Both the position numbers and the translations under genes were made by a program. Source: a virus. From it: a stretch of 64,000 nucleotides of DNA. The DNA lies in the IMG/VR virus record IMGVR_UViG_3300037010_003037, positions 1-64,000 of that record. One strand, written 5' to 3'. Shown one piece after another: positions 6,865 through 16,479 of this stretch (positions are counted from its first letter, which is position 1; each line of letters opens with the position of its first letter). Below the pieces are notes generated by a model that saw only the letters and a list, made by a program, of their open reading frames with translations, searched no databases and was not told the origin of the DNA.

Positions 6865-8823
6865 ATGAATCTCAGCACAAGTTTTAAAGAATCGTTTACC
6901 AAAAAGTTTGCTAGTGATGATGAGATGCCGCTTTTGCAGTATCTTGAACTTTGCAAAACTGATAAAATGGCATATGCCAACGCAGCTGAGAGGATGCTCG
7001 CTGCTATTGGTGAACCAACGGTCATTGACACATCAACTGATCCACGACTTTCACGAATCTTTTCTAACAAGAAAATTAGGCACTACAAAGCATTTAGTGA
7101 TTTCTATGGTGCAGAAGAAGCAGTTGAACGAATGGTTGCTTATTTCCGCCACTTTGCTCAAGGTTTGGAAGAATCAAAACAAATTCTTTATCTGAAGGGT
7201 CCAGTCGGTGGTGGTAAATCCTCGCTAGTTGAGCGCTTGAAGGTGCTCATGCAGCAAAACCCAATTTATGTTCTCAAGGATCCAAATGAAAAGAATCCTG
7301 AGCTTCAGATTTCCCCTCTTTTCGAATCCCCGCTTGGTCTATTCAATGCCCAAGAGCACGGTGAAATACTTGAAGCTGAATACGGAATTCCATCTCGCTA
7401 TCTTAACACTGTTATGAGTGGGTGGGCACAACAAAAACTACGTGAGTTTGGTGGTGATGTTACAAAGTTTTCAGTTGTTCGCATCTATCCTAACAAGGAC
7501 ACACAGGTTGGCATTATGAAGGTGGAACCTGGTGATGACAACAACCAGGACGTTTCAGTTTTGGTGGGTAAAACTGATATTCGTAAGCTTGAAGTTTACT
7601 CGCAAAACCATCCATATGCTTACTCATACAGCGGTGGTTTGAATCGCACAACTCAGGGGATGATGGACTTTGCCGAAATGTTTAAAGCAAACATTAAGAC
7701 ATTGAATCCACTGCTAACTGCAACACAAGAACACAATTACAATGGTACTGAAAACGTTCCATCGATGCCTTATAATGGTATTATTTGCGCTCACTCTAAT
7801 GAAGCAGAATGGTTTACGTTCCGTAATAACAAGACAAATGAAGCTTTCCTAGATCGTGTTTATATCGTTGATGTTCCGTATTGTCTGCGGGTCGATGAAG
7901 AACAAATGATCTATGAAAAGATGCTGAAGAGCTCAAGCTTGGCAGATGCACCTTGCGCCCCGCAAACTCTAAAATCTTTGTCCGAATTTATGGTTCTAAC
8001 TCGACTCAAAGAACCAGAGAACAGTACCATCTTTGCTAAGATGAAAGTTTACAACGGTGAAAACGTTAAGGACACTATGCCAATGGCTAAGCCTTACGAA
8101 GAATACCGAGAAGCTGCAGGCAAGGATGAGGGCATGACGGGCTTGTCTACCCGCTTTGGCTTCAAGATTTTGTCTCAAACGTTTAATTTGCGCCCAGAAG
8201 AAATTCAAGCCAACCCTATTGATCTGATGTACGTGCTTGAAACTTCTTTGAAGCGAGAGCACCTTCCACAGGAAACGCTAGACACGTACATGGACTTTAT
8301 TAAGTCATGGATTCAGCCGCGTTATTTTGAGTTTATTGATAAGGAGCTTCGCATCGCTTATCTTGAATCGTACAGTGATTTTGGTCAAACCATGTTTGAA
8401 CGATATGTTCTGTTTGCAGAAGCATGGATTGATGAAACTACAGTTCGTGATCCCGAGACACATACTCTGCTGAACAGGGATAACCTAAATGCGAAACTTG
8501 AGGAAATTGAGAAAGCAGCAATGATTGCTAATCCTAAGGATTTTAGAAATGACATTGTGCATTACGTGCTGCGCTACCGCGCTAAGAATGAAGGGAAGAT
8601 GCCAGCCTGGAATTCTTACGAGAAAATCAAAAACGTTATTGAAAAGAAGATGTTTGCTGCTACAAACGAGATTATGCCAATTGTTTCGTTCTCTCCAAAA
8701 GGGTCGAGCGAAGAACAGAAGAAGCATGATGAATTTGTTGCTCGCATGCGCACCAAGGGCTATACTGATCGTCAAATTAAGATCTTGGTTGATTGGTGGG
8801 TCAATAACCGGAAATCTAACTAA
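6865..8823 (+). CDS. prkA: PrkA/YeaG-family AAA+ ATPase (serine kinase-annotated)
   Basis: YANAAERMLAAIGEP, QILYLKGPVGGGKSSLVERLK, EPGDDNNQDVSVLVGK, LNPLLTATQE, NEAFLDR. ATG 6865 has a GGAG RBS; TAAATA at 6820-6825. Confidence 0.95.
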   Translation: MNLSTSFKESFTKKFASDDEMPLLQYLELCKTDKMAYANAAERMLAAIGEPTVIDTSTDPRLSRIFSNKKIRHYKAFSDFYGAEEAVERMVAYFRHFAQGLEESKQILYLKGPVGGGKSSLVERLKVLMQQNPIYVLKDPNEKNPELQISPLFESPLGLFNAQEHGEILEAEYGIPSRYLNTVMSGWAQQKLREFGGDVTKFSVVRIYPNKDTQVGIMKVEPGDDNNQDVSVLVGKTDIRKLEVYSQNHPYAYSYSGGLNRTTQGMMDFAEMFKANIKTLNPLLTATQEHNYNGTENVPSMPYNGIICAHSNEAEWFTFRNNKTNEAFLDRVYIVDVPYCLRVDEEQMIYEKMLKSSSLADAPCAPQTLKSLSEFMVLTRLKEPENSTIFAKMKVYNGENVKDTMPMAKPYEEYREAAGKDEGMTGLSTRFGFKILSQTFNLRPEEIQANPIDLMYVLETSLKREHLPQETLDTYMDFIKSWIQPRYFEFIDKELRIAYLESYSDFGQTMFERYVLFAEAWIDETTVRDPETHTLLNRDNLNAKLEEIEKAAMIANPKDFRNDIVHYVLRYRAKNEGKMPAWNSYEKIKNVIEKKMFAATNEIMPIVSFSPKGSSEEQKKHDEFVARMRTKGYTDRQIKILVDWWVNNRKSN

Positions 8824-8851
8824 TAAACTTAACTAAGATCTGAAGGACATC

Positions 8852-10156
8852 ATGCCATTTATTTTCATTGATAGAAGAAAGGCAGGTGGCGGTAAATCAA
8901 CTAATAATCGTCAGAAGCTTATTCGGCGTGTTAGGGGATTTATTAAAACATCTGTTCCACAAAACATTGGAGCTGGTGGTGTTAGTGGCACTAATGCAAA
9001 AAGCATGAGTCCAGTCAAAGTTACTGGCGAGGCGCTTGAAGAACCATTCTTCGCTTATGCAAATGACGGCAATGAAGTATCTGTCGTTATTGGTAATGAT
9101 CAGTATGATCGCGGTGATGAGATAGAATTTCCAGAAGAACAAGCAGCAGGTTCTGGCGCAGGGCCTGGAGAACAAGGTGAAGATGATTTTATTGTGAACG
9201 TGGCTCGTTCTGAATTCCTTGATGTCTTCTTTGAGGACTGTGAGCTTTATCTAACACACGAGCGCTTTACAGAAAAACTTGATAATAAGCACCAACCTGC
9301 TGGTTTTTCTACTACTGGTAACCCATCTCAGCTTAGTATTATTCGCACGTACAAGCAATCATTGGGCCGTCGTTGGGCTTTAATGAAGCCTTACAAGGAA
9401 GAACTTGAACAGCTTCGTGAGGAAATTAAGACAGTTGAGGAGAACAGTGAGCGTTGGAAAGAGATTGTTGCGCGTATTGAACAACTTCTTGGTAAGCTAT
9501 CATTTCTAGATTCATTTGATAAGTCTGATTTGCGCTATCGTAAGAAGGAAGCTAAACCCCTAAAGACTGTTGACGCTGTTCTTATCATGCTCATGGACAT
9601 TTCTGGATCTATGGGGAAAGAAGAAAAAAGCATAGCGCGGCGGTGGTTTGCTTTGCTTTATGAATTCATTAAACGTAAATATCCAACGGTTGAATTAAGA
9701 TTCATTGCTCACACTGATGAAGTGTTTGAGATGAATGAAGATGACTTCTTCAGTACTCGCATCAACGGTGGTACTCAAGTGTCTGTTGCCCTTAATCATA
9801 TTAGTAAAATGATTATTGAGCAATATGATCCAAATCAAACTAACATAATCGTCTGCCATGCGTCAGATGGTGACAACTGGTATGATGATAATGAAGCTGT
9901 AATTGACGCGATGATAGGGAAAGGAAACCTTATGAACAGGTGTAGCATGTTCAGTTATGTTGAAGTTGGAAATGAGAATTTTATAACGAACAGTGCTGGT
10001 GTACCAATAGTTATTCGCACTAACACTAATCTTTGGGAAACTTATGATGCTGTTCGCTTGAAACAACCGCCACATAAAGTCTCTTTAGCAAGAATTGGAA
10101 CACCAGATGATTGCTATCCTGTTTTCAAAAAAGTTTTTAGCAAAAAATCTAAATGA
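8852..10156 (+). CDS. yeaH: YeaH/YhbH-family vWA protein (DUF444)
   Basis: FIDRR..GKSTNNRQKLIRR, GNDQYDRGDEI, LMDISGSM, FIAHT, GGTQVS, HASDGDNW; follows prkA. Confidence 0.93.
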   Translation: MPFIFIDRRKAGGGKSTNNRQKLIRRVRGFIKTSVPQNIGAGGVSGTNAKSMSPVKVTGEALEEPFFAYANDGNEVSVVIGNDQYDRGDEIEFPEEQAAGSGAGPGEQGEDDFIVNVARSEFLDVFFEDCELYLTHERFTEKLDNKHQPAGFSTTGNPSQLSIIRTYKQSLGRRWALMKPYKEELEQLREEIKTVEENSERWKEIVARIEQLLGKLSFLDSFDKSDLRYRKKEAKPLKTVDAVLIMLMDISGSMGKEEKSIARRWFALLYEFIKRKYPTVELRFIAHTDEVFEMNEDDFFSTRINGGTQVSVALNHISKMIIEQYDPNQTNIIVCHASDGDNWYDDNEAVIDAMIGKGNLMNRCSMFSYVEVGNENFITNSAGVPIVIRTNTNLWETYDAVRLKQPPHKVSLARIGTPDDCYPVFKKVFSKKSK

Positions 10157-11649
10157 CAGAACCACTAATCACATCACGTACTGACTGGACTCCAGAGCTA
10201 CTACAAGAAATTTATAGTCATATTGAAGATGTGGCTTTAAATGATCTGAAGCTAGATGTTTATCCTAACCAAATTGAAGTAATCTCTGCAGAGCAGATGA
10301 TCGATGCATATGCATCAGTTGGTTTACCTGTAATGTACCCACATTGGTCGTTCGGAAAACAATTTTTGTCTAACTGGACAAAATACCAGAAGGGGCGAAT
10401 GGGTCTTGCATATGAGATTGTTATCAACAGTAATCCATGCATTAGCTACTTGATGGAAGAGAATAATGCTGTGATGCAGGCTCTTGTCATCGCCCACGCG
10501 GCGTTTGGGCATAATCACGTCTTTAAGAACAATTACATGTTTAAGGAGTGGACAGCAGCTGGTTCAATTATCGATTACTTGATCTTTGCAAAGACATTTA
10601 TTCGTGACTGTGAACTGCGCTATGGTCAAGATGAAGTTGAACTGCTTTTAGATGCCGCGCACGCGCTAGCACCTCATGGAGTTGATAAGAGAAAACGCAA
10701 GCACAAAAAGAAGCTGACAAAGGAAGAAGAAGCAGCAAAGCTTGTGTTAGATGCTGATGAAGAGCAGTTAAGTCTTGACATTATCATTAAGTCAACATCT
10801 AAGAAGATTGAAGAGAAAAAAGATGAACAGGACGATGATTTAGTCGGAGATGAAGAAAATTTGCTTTACTTTCTAATGAAGTTCTCTCCAACTCTTAAAG
10901 AATGGCAGCGAGAGGTTTTGAGAATCGTTTACAAGATTCATCAGTACTTTTATCCTCAAAGCCAAACTAAAGTCTTAAATGAAGGGTTCGCGACATTCAC
11001 GCACTTCTACATTATGGATGAGCTTGAAAAGCGGGGTTTGATTTCAGCTGACGCGCAGATCTCGTGGTTGCACTCACACTCGAATGTTATATACCAGCCA
11101 ACATATAAAAGTAAGCATTATGATGGTGGTTTTAATCCATACGCTTTAGGTTTTGCAATTCTGAAAGATATACGCCGTATCTGTGAAAATCCAACTGAAG
11201 AAGATAAAGAATGGTTTCCTAACCTAATTGGTATGGAATGGCGGGATGCTATTAAGGATGCAGTTGCTGAATACCGTGATGAAAGCTTTATTCAACAATT
11301 TCTTTCTCCTAAGGTTATTCGTGATTGGAATCTTTTCATTGTTGAACATCACAAAACATATGGTTATGTCAGTGAAATTAGTGATGATAAAGGTTATAGA
11401 AATATTCGAAATGCCCTATCAGCTAATTACGCCACTATCAATCGTATTCCTGATATTGTTGTAAAGTCAGCACGAATGAAAGGAGATAGAACTCTAACTC
11501 TTGAGTACCATCCATACAAAGGAAGATCATTACATGGTCCTTTTGCAAAGAAAACCATAGAGTTCGTTAAACTTCTATGGGGTTATGATGTAGAGATAGT
11601 ACAAACAAATAAAGATAGAATGGAAACAGTCATAGTAAAGGCAAAATAA
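10153..11649 (+). CDS. spoVR: SpoVR/YcgB-family protein
   Basis: YPNQIEVISAEQMIDAYASVGLP..YPHWSFGK, GLAYEIVINSNPC, AHAAFGHNHVFKNN, QTKVLNEGFAT, NPYALGF. Confidence 0.95.
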   Translation: MTEPLITSRTDWTPELLQEIYSHIEDVALNDLKLDVYPNQIEVISAEQMIDAYASVGLPVMYPHWSFGKQFLSNWTKYQKGRMGLAYEIVINSNPCISYLMEENNAVMQALVIAHAAFGHNHVFKNNYMFKEWTAAGSIIDYLIFAKTFIRDCELRYGQDEVELLLDAAHALAPHGVDKRKRKHKKKLTKEEEAAKLVLDADEEQLSLDIIIKSTSKKIEEKKDEQDDDLVGDEENLLYFLMKFSPTLKEWQREVLRIVYKIHQYFYPQSQTKVLNEGFATFTHFYIMDELEKRGLISADAQISWLHSHSNVIYQPTYKSKHYDGGFNPYALGFAILKDIRRICENPTEEDKEWFPNLIGMEWRDAIKDAVAEYRDESFIQQFLSPKVIRDWNLFIVEHHKTYGYVSEISDDKGYRNIRNALSANYATINRIPDIVVKSARMKGDRTLTLEYHPYKGRSLHGPFAKKTIEFVKLLWGYDVEIVQTNKDRMETVIVKAK

Positions 11650-11650
11650 A

Positions 11651-11672
11651 AAAGGGCTCCTAGGAGCCCTTT
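11651..11672. terminator. Bidirectional terminator between convergent genes
   Basis: Perfect palindrome aaagggctcctaggagcccttt. Confidence 0.8.
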
Positions 11673-11694
11673 AATTTTACTGATTTAACTCGGT

Positions 11695-12663
11695 TTAGAA
11701 CGCAGTAATTACTGAGCTTGTTGGCGCGCTAATAACGTACATGCTTGTAGCTCGTAATTGCTGAAGGTTGCTAACAGTACCAGAATTAACTATGTCACTA
11801 TAACTGTTTGTTTGCTCATCAATCAGTCGAACACGAAATTGAAGAGTTGATCCTTTGGCACCGTTAGCACCAGTAATTGACGTCGCCCGGGCGTCAACAT
11901 AAAAGTCGTTAGATGTATATGGTGAAACGCCAGTATTAGTGCCATCGCAAATGACTTGATATGTTGTTGTTAGCTGATAATAACCGATTGCTTGCGCAGC
12001 ACCATATGAGCCGCCAATTCTAACAGATGAGTTTGCTCTAAATGCAAGAGTAAAACCGTTTAGAACGGTATTCCAGCTTTGGTTTCGCGGGCTAGAAGTA
12101 TCTGGGTGCGCTAAGGTAATTCTAAACTCTCCACCAGTATTAAAAAAATACCTAGCATGATTCTCACTGGTAAACACTACTTGAAATTCTGCAGTAATTC
12201 CACTATTTCCACTGCCCCACGTTGAACTACGAGTAGTTGTTTGAATTGTACTAAGTGTCATGTTACCAAGCTGATAATTAAATCTGTTGGTATCAAGAGT
12301 CGCAAGCATATCTTGAATGTCATATGCATTCAATGATGGGGAACTACTTTTATGTGCAACAATGGTTGCACAAGAGTTTAAACTTGTTGATGGTGGAAGT
12401 AAAGACGTTGACGTATTTTGCCAGGTTGCCATGCTTGCTAAAATGGTCCTTAAATTTTGCCATTCACCATTTATAGTCGCTCCAGCTGAAATAGGTGATA
12501 AACTTGGAACGATTTGTCCATAACCTCTATCACCATATCCAACACCATATAAGTACCCGGCTTTATTAGCTGCATCAGCTGGCCCACTGGCAGCAACACC
12601 AGTTTGCCCGGCAAACGTATTAAAATCACTAACTTGAATTGCTGATCCTTTAATATATGACAC
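11695..12663 (-). CDS. Putative virion structural (tail-associated) protein
   Basis: Ser/Thr/Gly-rich; F.SENHARYFFNTGGEF motif shared with 59348..60814; downstream of a fibre gene. Confidence 0.6.
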   Translation of the reverse strand: MSYIKGSAIQVSDFNTFAGQTGVAASGPADAANKAGYLYGVGYGDRGYGQIVPSLSPISAGATINGEWQNLRTILASMATWQNTSTSLLPPSTSLNSCATIVAHKSSSPSLNAYDIQDMLATLDTNRFNYQLGNMTLSTIQTTTRSSTWGSGNSGITAEFQVVFTSENHARYFFNTGGEFRITLAHPDTSSPRNQSWNTVLNGFTLAFRANSSVRIGGSYGAAQAIGYYQLTTTYQVICDGTNTGVSPYTSNDFYVDARATSITGANGAKGSTLQFRVRLIDEQTNSYSDIVNSGTVSNLQQLRATSMYVISAPTSSVITAF

Positions 12664-12690
12664 TGTTTATCTCCAAGATGATCAGACTAT

Positions 12691-15117
12691 TTACGCGTAG
12701 GTAGCGTTTAAGGTGTAGTACTGTGTTGATGATGTTTGGATGAACATGATCTTGGCCCCAACTGATAATGAGAACGCTGCGTTAGTTCCAAGAGAGTCAA
12801 TTGCAGCACCTGATACTGGGTAAACGTTTAGCGCATTTGCACCTGCATTTATAACGACAACCATGGAACCTATGGAGTTAGGTAGAATCACACCAGAGCC
12901 AGATGGGGTTGTGCTGATGACATTGATCATATTTGTCAATGCAAGCGCCGTATCCTGTGTAGTACCAGCAGCTGTTAGACCTGTCGCAGGAACTTGCTGA
13001 ACGAGACCAGAGAACGATGCGGTGCCATTCACTGACATGCTGGTAGAAGAAATACTGACAATGTTGTTTGATGAAGCTCCAAGGTTCAATGAGCCTGTAA
13101 TTGAGCGAATGTAACCATTTGAACCATCATGTTGTACAAGTAAGCCAGTTGACTGATTGATATACAACTTATTAGCACCAATTGTGGTTGTGCCATCGGT
13201 TTCAGCGATCGTGAAACGATTATTGGTAGTTCCAGATGTGTTACGTGAAAAGATGCGGAAATCGTTGTTAGAATATACATCAACGTTCCACGTACCATTC
13301 GTTTCGCCAGTGATACTGGTTGCAGCACCATTAGCATAGCCTAGAACAAGTTGACCACCTTCTGCGCCGGTTCCGCCACCACGAGCAATAAAAGTACTAG
13401 ATCCAATAACTTGCGCTGCAGAGGTAATTGTCGAAGAAGCTTGTATGGTAGTAAAGCTACCGGTTGAAGGAGTTGTTGCACCAATAGTTGTACCATTTAT
13501 AGTACCACCCGTGATTGCAACACTATTCGCATTTTGCGAAGCCATCGTTCCTAGCAGAGCGGTAAGGTCAGCTGAAACGACAGGTGTTGTTCCAGAAACA
13601 CGACCATAAGCATCACGAGTAAACTTCAGGAATGAACCAGTACCAGCATCAGTAACAGTCGCAAGGTCGATGTTGTCTGGATTAACTACAATTCTTGCTG
13701 ACGATGCGGTTCCAACATTAATCGTGGATCCAGATTTTGTCAGACCATCGCCTGCTGCAATTTGACCCAGTCCGTTGAATTGGACAAATGTAAGTGCTGT
13801 CGTTCCGAGAGTAATAGGATTATTTGTTGACAATACCCAACCAGTATCAGCATTTACCGTACCTTGTTCAACGAAGCAGAACATGCCAGAAGTAACTTCA
13901 CCAGCTGGTGAATTATCAGCATCTTCGGCCCGTGGCCAAGTGTCTGATGCAACAACGTAAATGCCGTTTTGCGATGCAGTTGTTTGGTCCTTAACCAAAA
14001 CACGATCACCGACTGATAGTGCAATATCGTCGATTGTCTGTGTACCAGAAAGAGTGATGTTACCAGTAGTTGCTGCCTTAACTGATTGCTTAAAGTCAAG
14101 ACCAGTTGCAATGTTATCAACATAATCCTTAGTCACTGCATGAGAGCCAGATGTTGGTGTGTTAACACTTACCGGATTGCTAAATTGCCATGTTCCAGTA
14201 ATGGTTTCGTTTTCACCAACACGGGCTAGAATCGATCCATCTGTAATCTGAGACTCAGTGATCGTTAGAGCGCTTTGGTACTGTGTAACGTTGGATTGGG
14301 CGATGCGTGCATCGGCAAAAATTCCAGTTGTCACTTGCGATGCATCAATCGCGATTGATGCAGAGCCGGCTGCAGTAATTAAGCCCTTGTCGTTGACTGT
14401 AAACGTAGGTATGCTTGAAGCAGTGCCAAACGAACCAGTATTTGAGTTAACAGTAGCCAGCGTAAATGCCGCAGAAACGTTTGTTGAACCATCAACAGAA
14501 AATAGCGTTGCGGTACCATCACCAGTAAGGCTTAAATTACGTGGTGTTGTCCACTTATCTGCTGTTGCGACCGCACCAGCCTGCACATTAGCGACAGCAG
14601 TAGTAACAAACTCTGTTGTTGCAATTTGGGTGGTATTGGTACCTGCCTGAGCAGTTGGGGCAGTTGGTGTTCCTGTTAGTGCTGGTGAATTAAGTGGCGC
14701 GTATGAAGTAGTATCTAGCGTCCATGTATCTGCTGCTGTCTTACGAAGAATTCCGCTTGTATCAGACAGAGAAGCAATTGCTGTAAGATCCGTATCAAGA
14801 GGTTGTGCATCAGTAATACCATAACCGGCAAGAGTTGTTGGATTTGTACCAGCAGTAACCCGTCCTTTTGCATCAACTGTTACGCTTTTGAAGGAACCAG
14901 GAGAAATTATGTCTGGAAGAAGATTTACAATAGTATCATTAGTGTTAATTTGACGTTTCCATCCTGCTCCATCATAAACATATAGGCCTATATTTAAGGC
15001 ATCTGTACGAAAGAAAAGCTCGCCTTGATCTGGGTTTGCTGGAAAAGAAGTTCCTGAGTCAACAACTAGGTTTTGTACTTCAGAACCTTCTATAAGTTTA
15101 ATGCCATCAAAAAGCAT
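12691..15117 (-). CDS. Tail fibre / fibre-like virion protein
   Basis: Fibre motifs SVTVDAKGRVTAGTNPTTLAGYGITDA, SPALTGTPTAPT..TNTTQIATTEFV and GDRVLVKDQT..SQNGIYVV; late TAAATA on the minus strand at 15171-15176. Confidence 0.8.
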   Translation of the reverse strand: MLFDGIKLIEGSEVQNLVVDSGTSFPANPDQGELFFRTDALNIGLYVYDGAGWKRQINTNDTIVNLLPDIISPGSFKSVTVDAKGRVTAGTNPTTLAGYGITDAQPLDTDLTAIASLSDTSGILRKTAADTWTLDTTSYAPLNSPALTGTPTAPTAQAGTNTTQIATTEFVTTAVANVQAGAVATADKWTTPRNLSLTGDGTATLFSVDGSTNVSAAFTLATVNSNTGSFGTASSIPTFTVNDKGLITAAGSASIAIDASQVTTGIFADARIAQSNVTQYQSALTITESQITDGSILARVGENETITGTWQFSNPVSVNTPTSGSHAVTKDYVDNIATGLDFKQSVKAATTGNITLSGTQTIDDIALSVGDRVLVKDQTTASQNGIYVVASDTWPRAEDADNSPAGEVTSGMFCFVEQGTVNADTGWVLSTNNPITLGTTALTFVQFNGLGQIAAGDGLTKSGSTINVGTASSARIVVNPDNIDLATVTDAGTGSFLKFTRDAYGRVSGTTPVVSADLTALLGTMASQNANSVAITGGTINGTTIGATTPSTGSFTTIQASSTITSAAQVIGSSTFIARGGGTGAEGGQLVLGYANGAATSITGETNGTWNVDVYSNNDFRIFSRNTSGTTNNRFTIAETDGTTTIGANKLYINQSTGLLVQHDGSNGYIRSITGSLNLGASSNNIVSISSTSMSVNGTASFSGLVQQVPATGLTAAGTTQDTALALTNMINVISTTPSGSGVILPNSIGSMVVVINAGANALNVYPVSGAAIDSLGTNAAFSLSVGAKIMFIQTSSTQYYTLNATYA

Positions 15118-15329
15118 ATAAATTTCCTTTTGTTCCGTGTTACGTCATGGTTCTAATAAATCATTGGTAATATTTATTTCATACTAAGATAATTTTATGA
15201 TTAAATCACTTTAATGGAAATGCATTTTATAAGGGGTAATAAATTCTCTATCATTTAAACGTTTTTTGAATGCTGATTTTTGTAATCAAAAAGTGATTGA
15301 TAAATATAATTTTGTATAAAGAGGAACTT

Positions 15330-16217
15330 ATGCTCACGTTCAAAACCTTTCTTTTGTTAGAAGGTGGTCATGCTACTGAAAAGTTCGGTACTACACGAGC
15401 TAATCAAGCAGATATTAACGCTGCCCTAAAATTCGTGTCAAATGTTATTGGGATTGATGAAGCTGAGTTGAAAAAATCTCTTCTTGGATCAACAGAACTC
15501 ACTCTTCTAGGTAAGAAAAAAGATAGTGGTGACATTGACATCGCTTTAGAGCTAAAAGGTTCAAATTATGAAGATATTCACAAGAAGATGATGGCCGCTG
15601 TAAATGATGAAGGATACTTTAATAGCGGTGGGAAGATTGGATCTTACGCTGTTCCTGTTAATGGTAAAAAAGTTCAGGTTGACTTGATGTTTGTGAACAA
15701 TAAGGACTGGGCAAAGTTCATTTATCATTCAGCCCAAGGGCGTGGTTCAAAATACCCAGGTGCTGTTCGTAACATTATTCTGTTTACAGCGCTCACCTTC
15801 GTGCAGGAACCAGGTAAAGATTTTGTTCTTCGTGATGAAAATGGTAATGTTATCGCGCGCGCATCTCGCTCTATTAAGCTTGATTCTGGTATGGAACGCC
15901 TCTTTAAGCGTGCCAAGATCAATTCAAAGACAGGAAAAGCAAACAAAACTTTGGATACTGTTACTCCTGATGAGCTTGAAAATTATCTTCATAAGCTGGG
16001 AAAAAAGATTGATTTTGCTAAGGAAACAGATCGTATTGATGTTCCTGATAAAATTGCAGAATTCATCTTTGGCCCTGGTATAAAAGCAAAGGATATTATG
16101 ACCGCTGAAGATGTAATCAAGCTAATAAAAACAAAGATGAAGAACCCAGAAAAAATTTTATCGCAGGCTAAGAAAGAACTAGAGCGTAATAAGCTTCCAG
16201 TTCCTGAAGAACTATGA
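15330..16217 (+). CDS. Pol-beta-superfamily nucleotidyltransferase-like protein with a capsid-targeting-like leader
   Basis: LGS-x13-DID plus VQVDLMF third Asp; N-terminus MLTFKTFLLLE-GG; GAGG RBS; TAAATA at 15301-15306. Confidence 0.65.
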   Translation: MLTFKTFLLLEGGHATEKFGTTRANQADINAALKFVSNVIGIDEAELKKSLLGSTELTLLGKKKDSGDIDIALELKGSNYEDIHKKMMAAVNDEGYFNSGGKIGSYAVPVNGKKVQVDLMFVNNKDWAKFIYHSAQGRGSKYPGAVRNIILFTALTFVQEPGKDFVLRDENGNVIARASRSIKLDSGMERLFKRAKINSKTGKANKTLDTVTPDELENYLHKLGKKIDFAKETDRIDVPDKIAEFIFGPGIKAKDIMTAEDVIKLIKTKMKNPEKILSQAKKELERNKLPVPEEL

Positions 16218-16289
16218 AACTAACTGTTGTTAAACACTACAGTGTAATCAGAAAGAGCGATTCTAAGAAATTGAATGGCATATAATCAG

Positions 16290-16318
16290 TTTACAAATTT
16301 AGTGCTATGAAGTAAAAT
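16290..16318 (+). promoter_or_regulatory. Early promoter
   Basis: gTTTACA (16290-16295), 17 nt, TAAAAT (16313-16318). Confidence 0.7.
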
Positions 16319-16324
16319 AAAATT

Positions 16325-16392
16325 TCATGGTTAATGTCTCCTTTGCAAGACCATGTTTTTTGGGATCAGAAATTTTTCTGATCCCACTTTTT
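16325..16392 (+). ncRNA. Candidate small RNA or attenuated leader with an anti-Shine-Dalgarno loop
   Basis: Promoter, then hairpin CAUGGUU/GACCAUG with a loop containing UGUCUCCUUU, then terminator-like hairpin tgggatcaga..tctgatccca plus a U-tract. Confidence 0.45.
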
Positions 16393-16479
16393 CATCGTTT
16401 GACATCATTTTAGAATGATGCATGATTCAATGGTGGTTAAATAATATGTCATATCAAATTTTACATGAGGAATCCTCAA

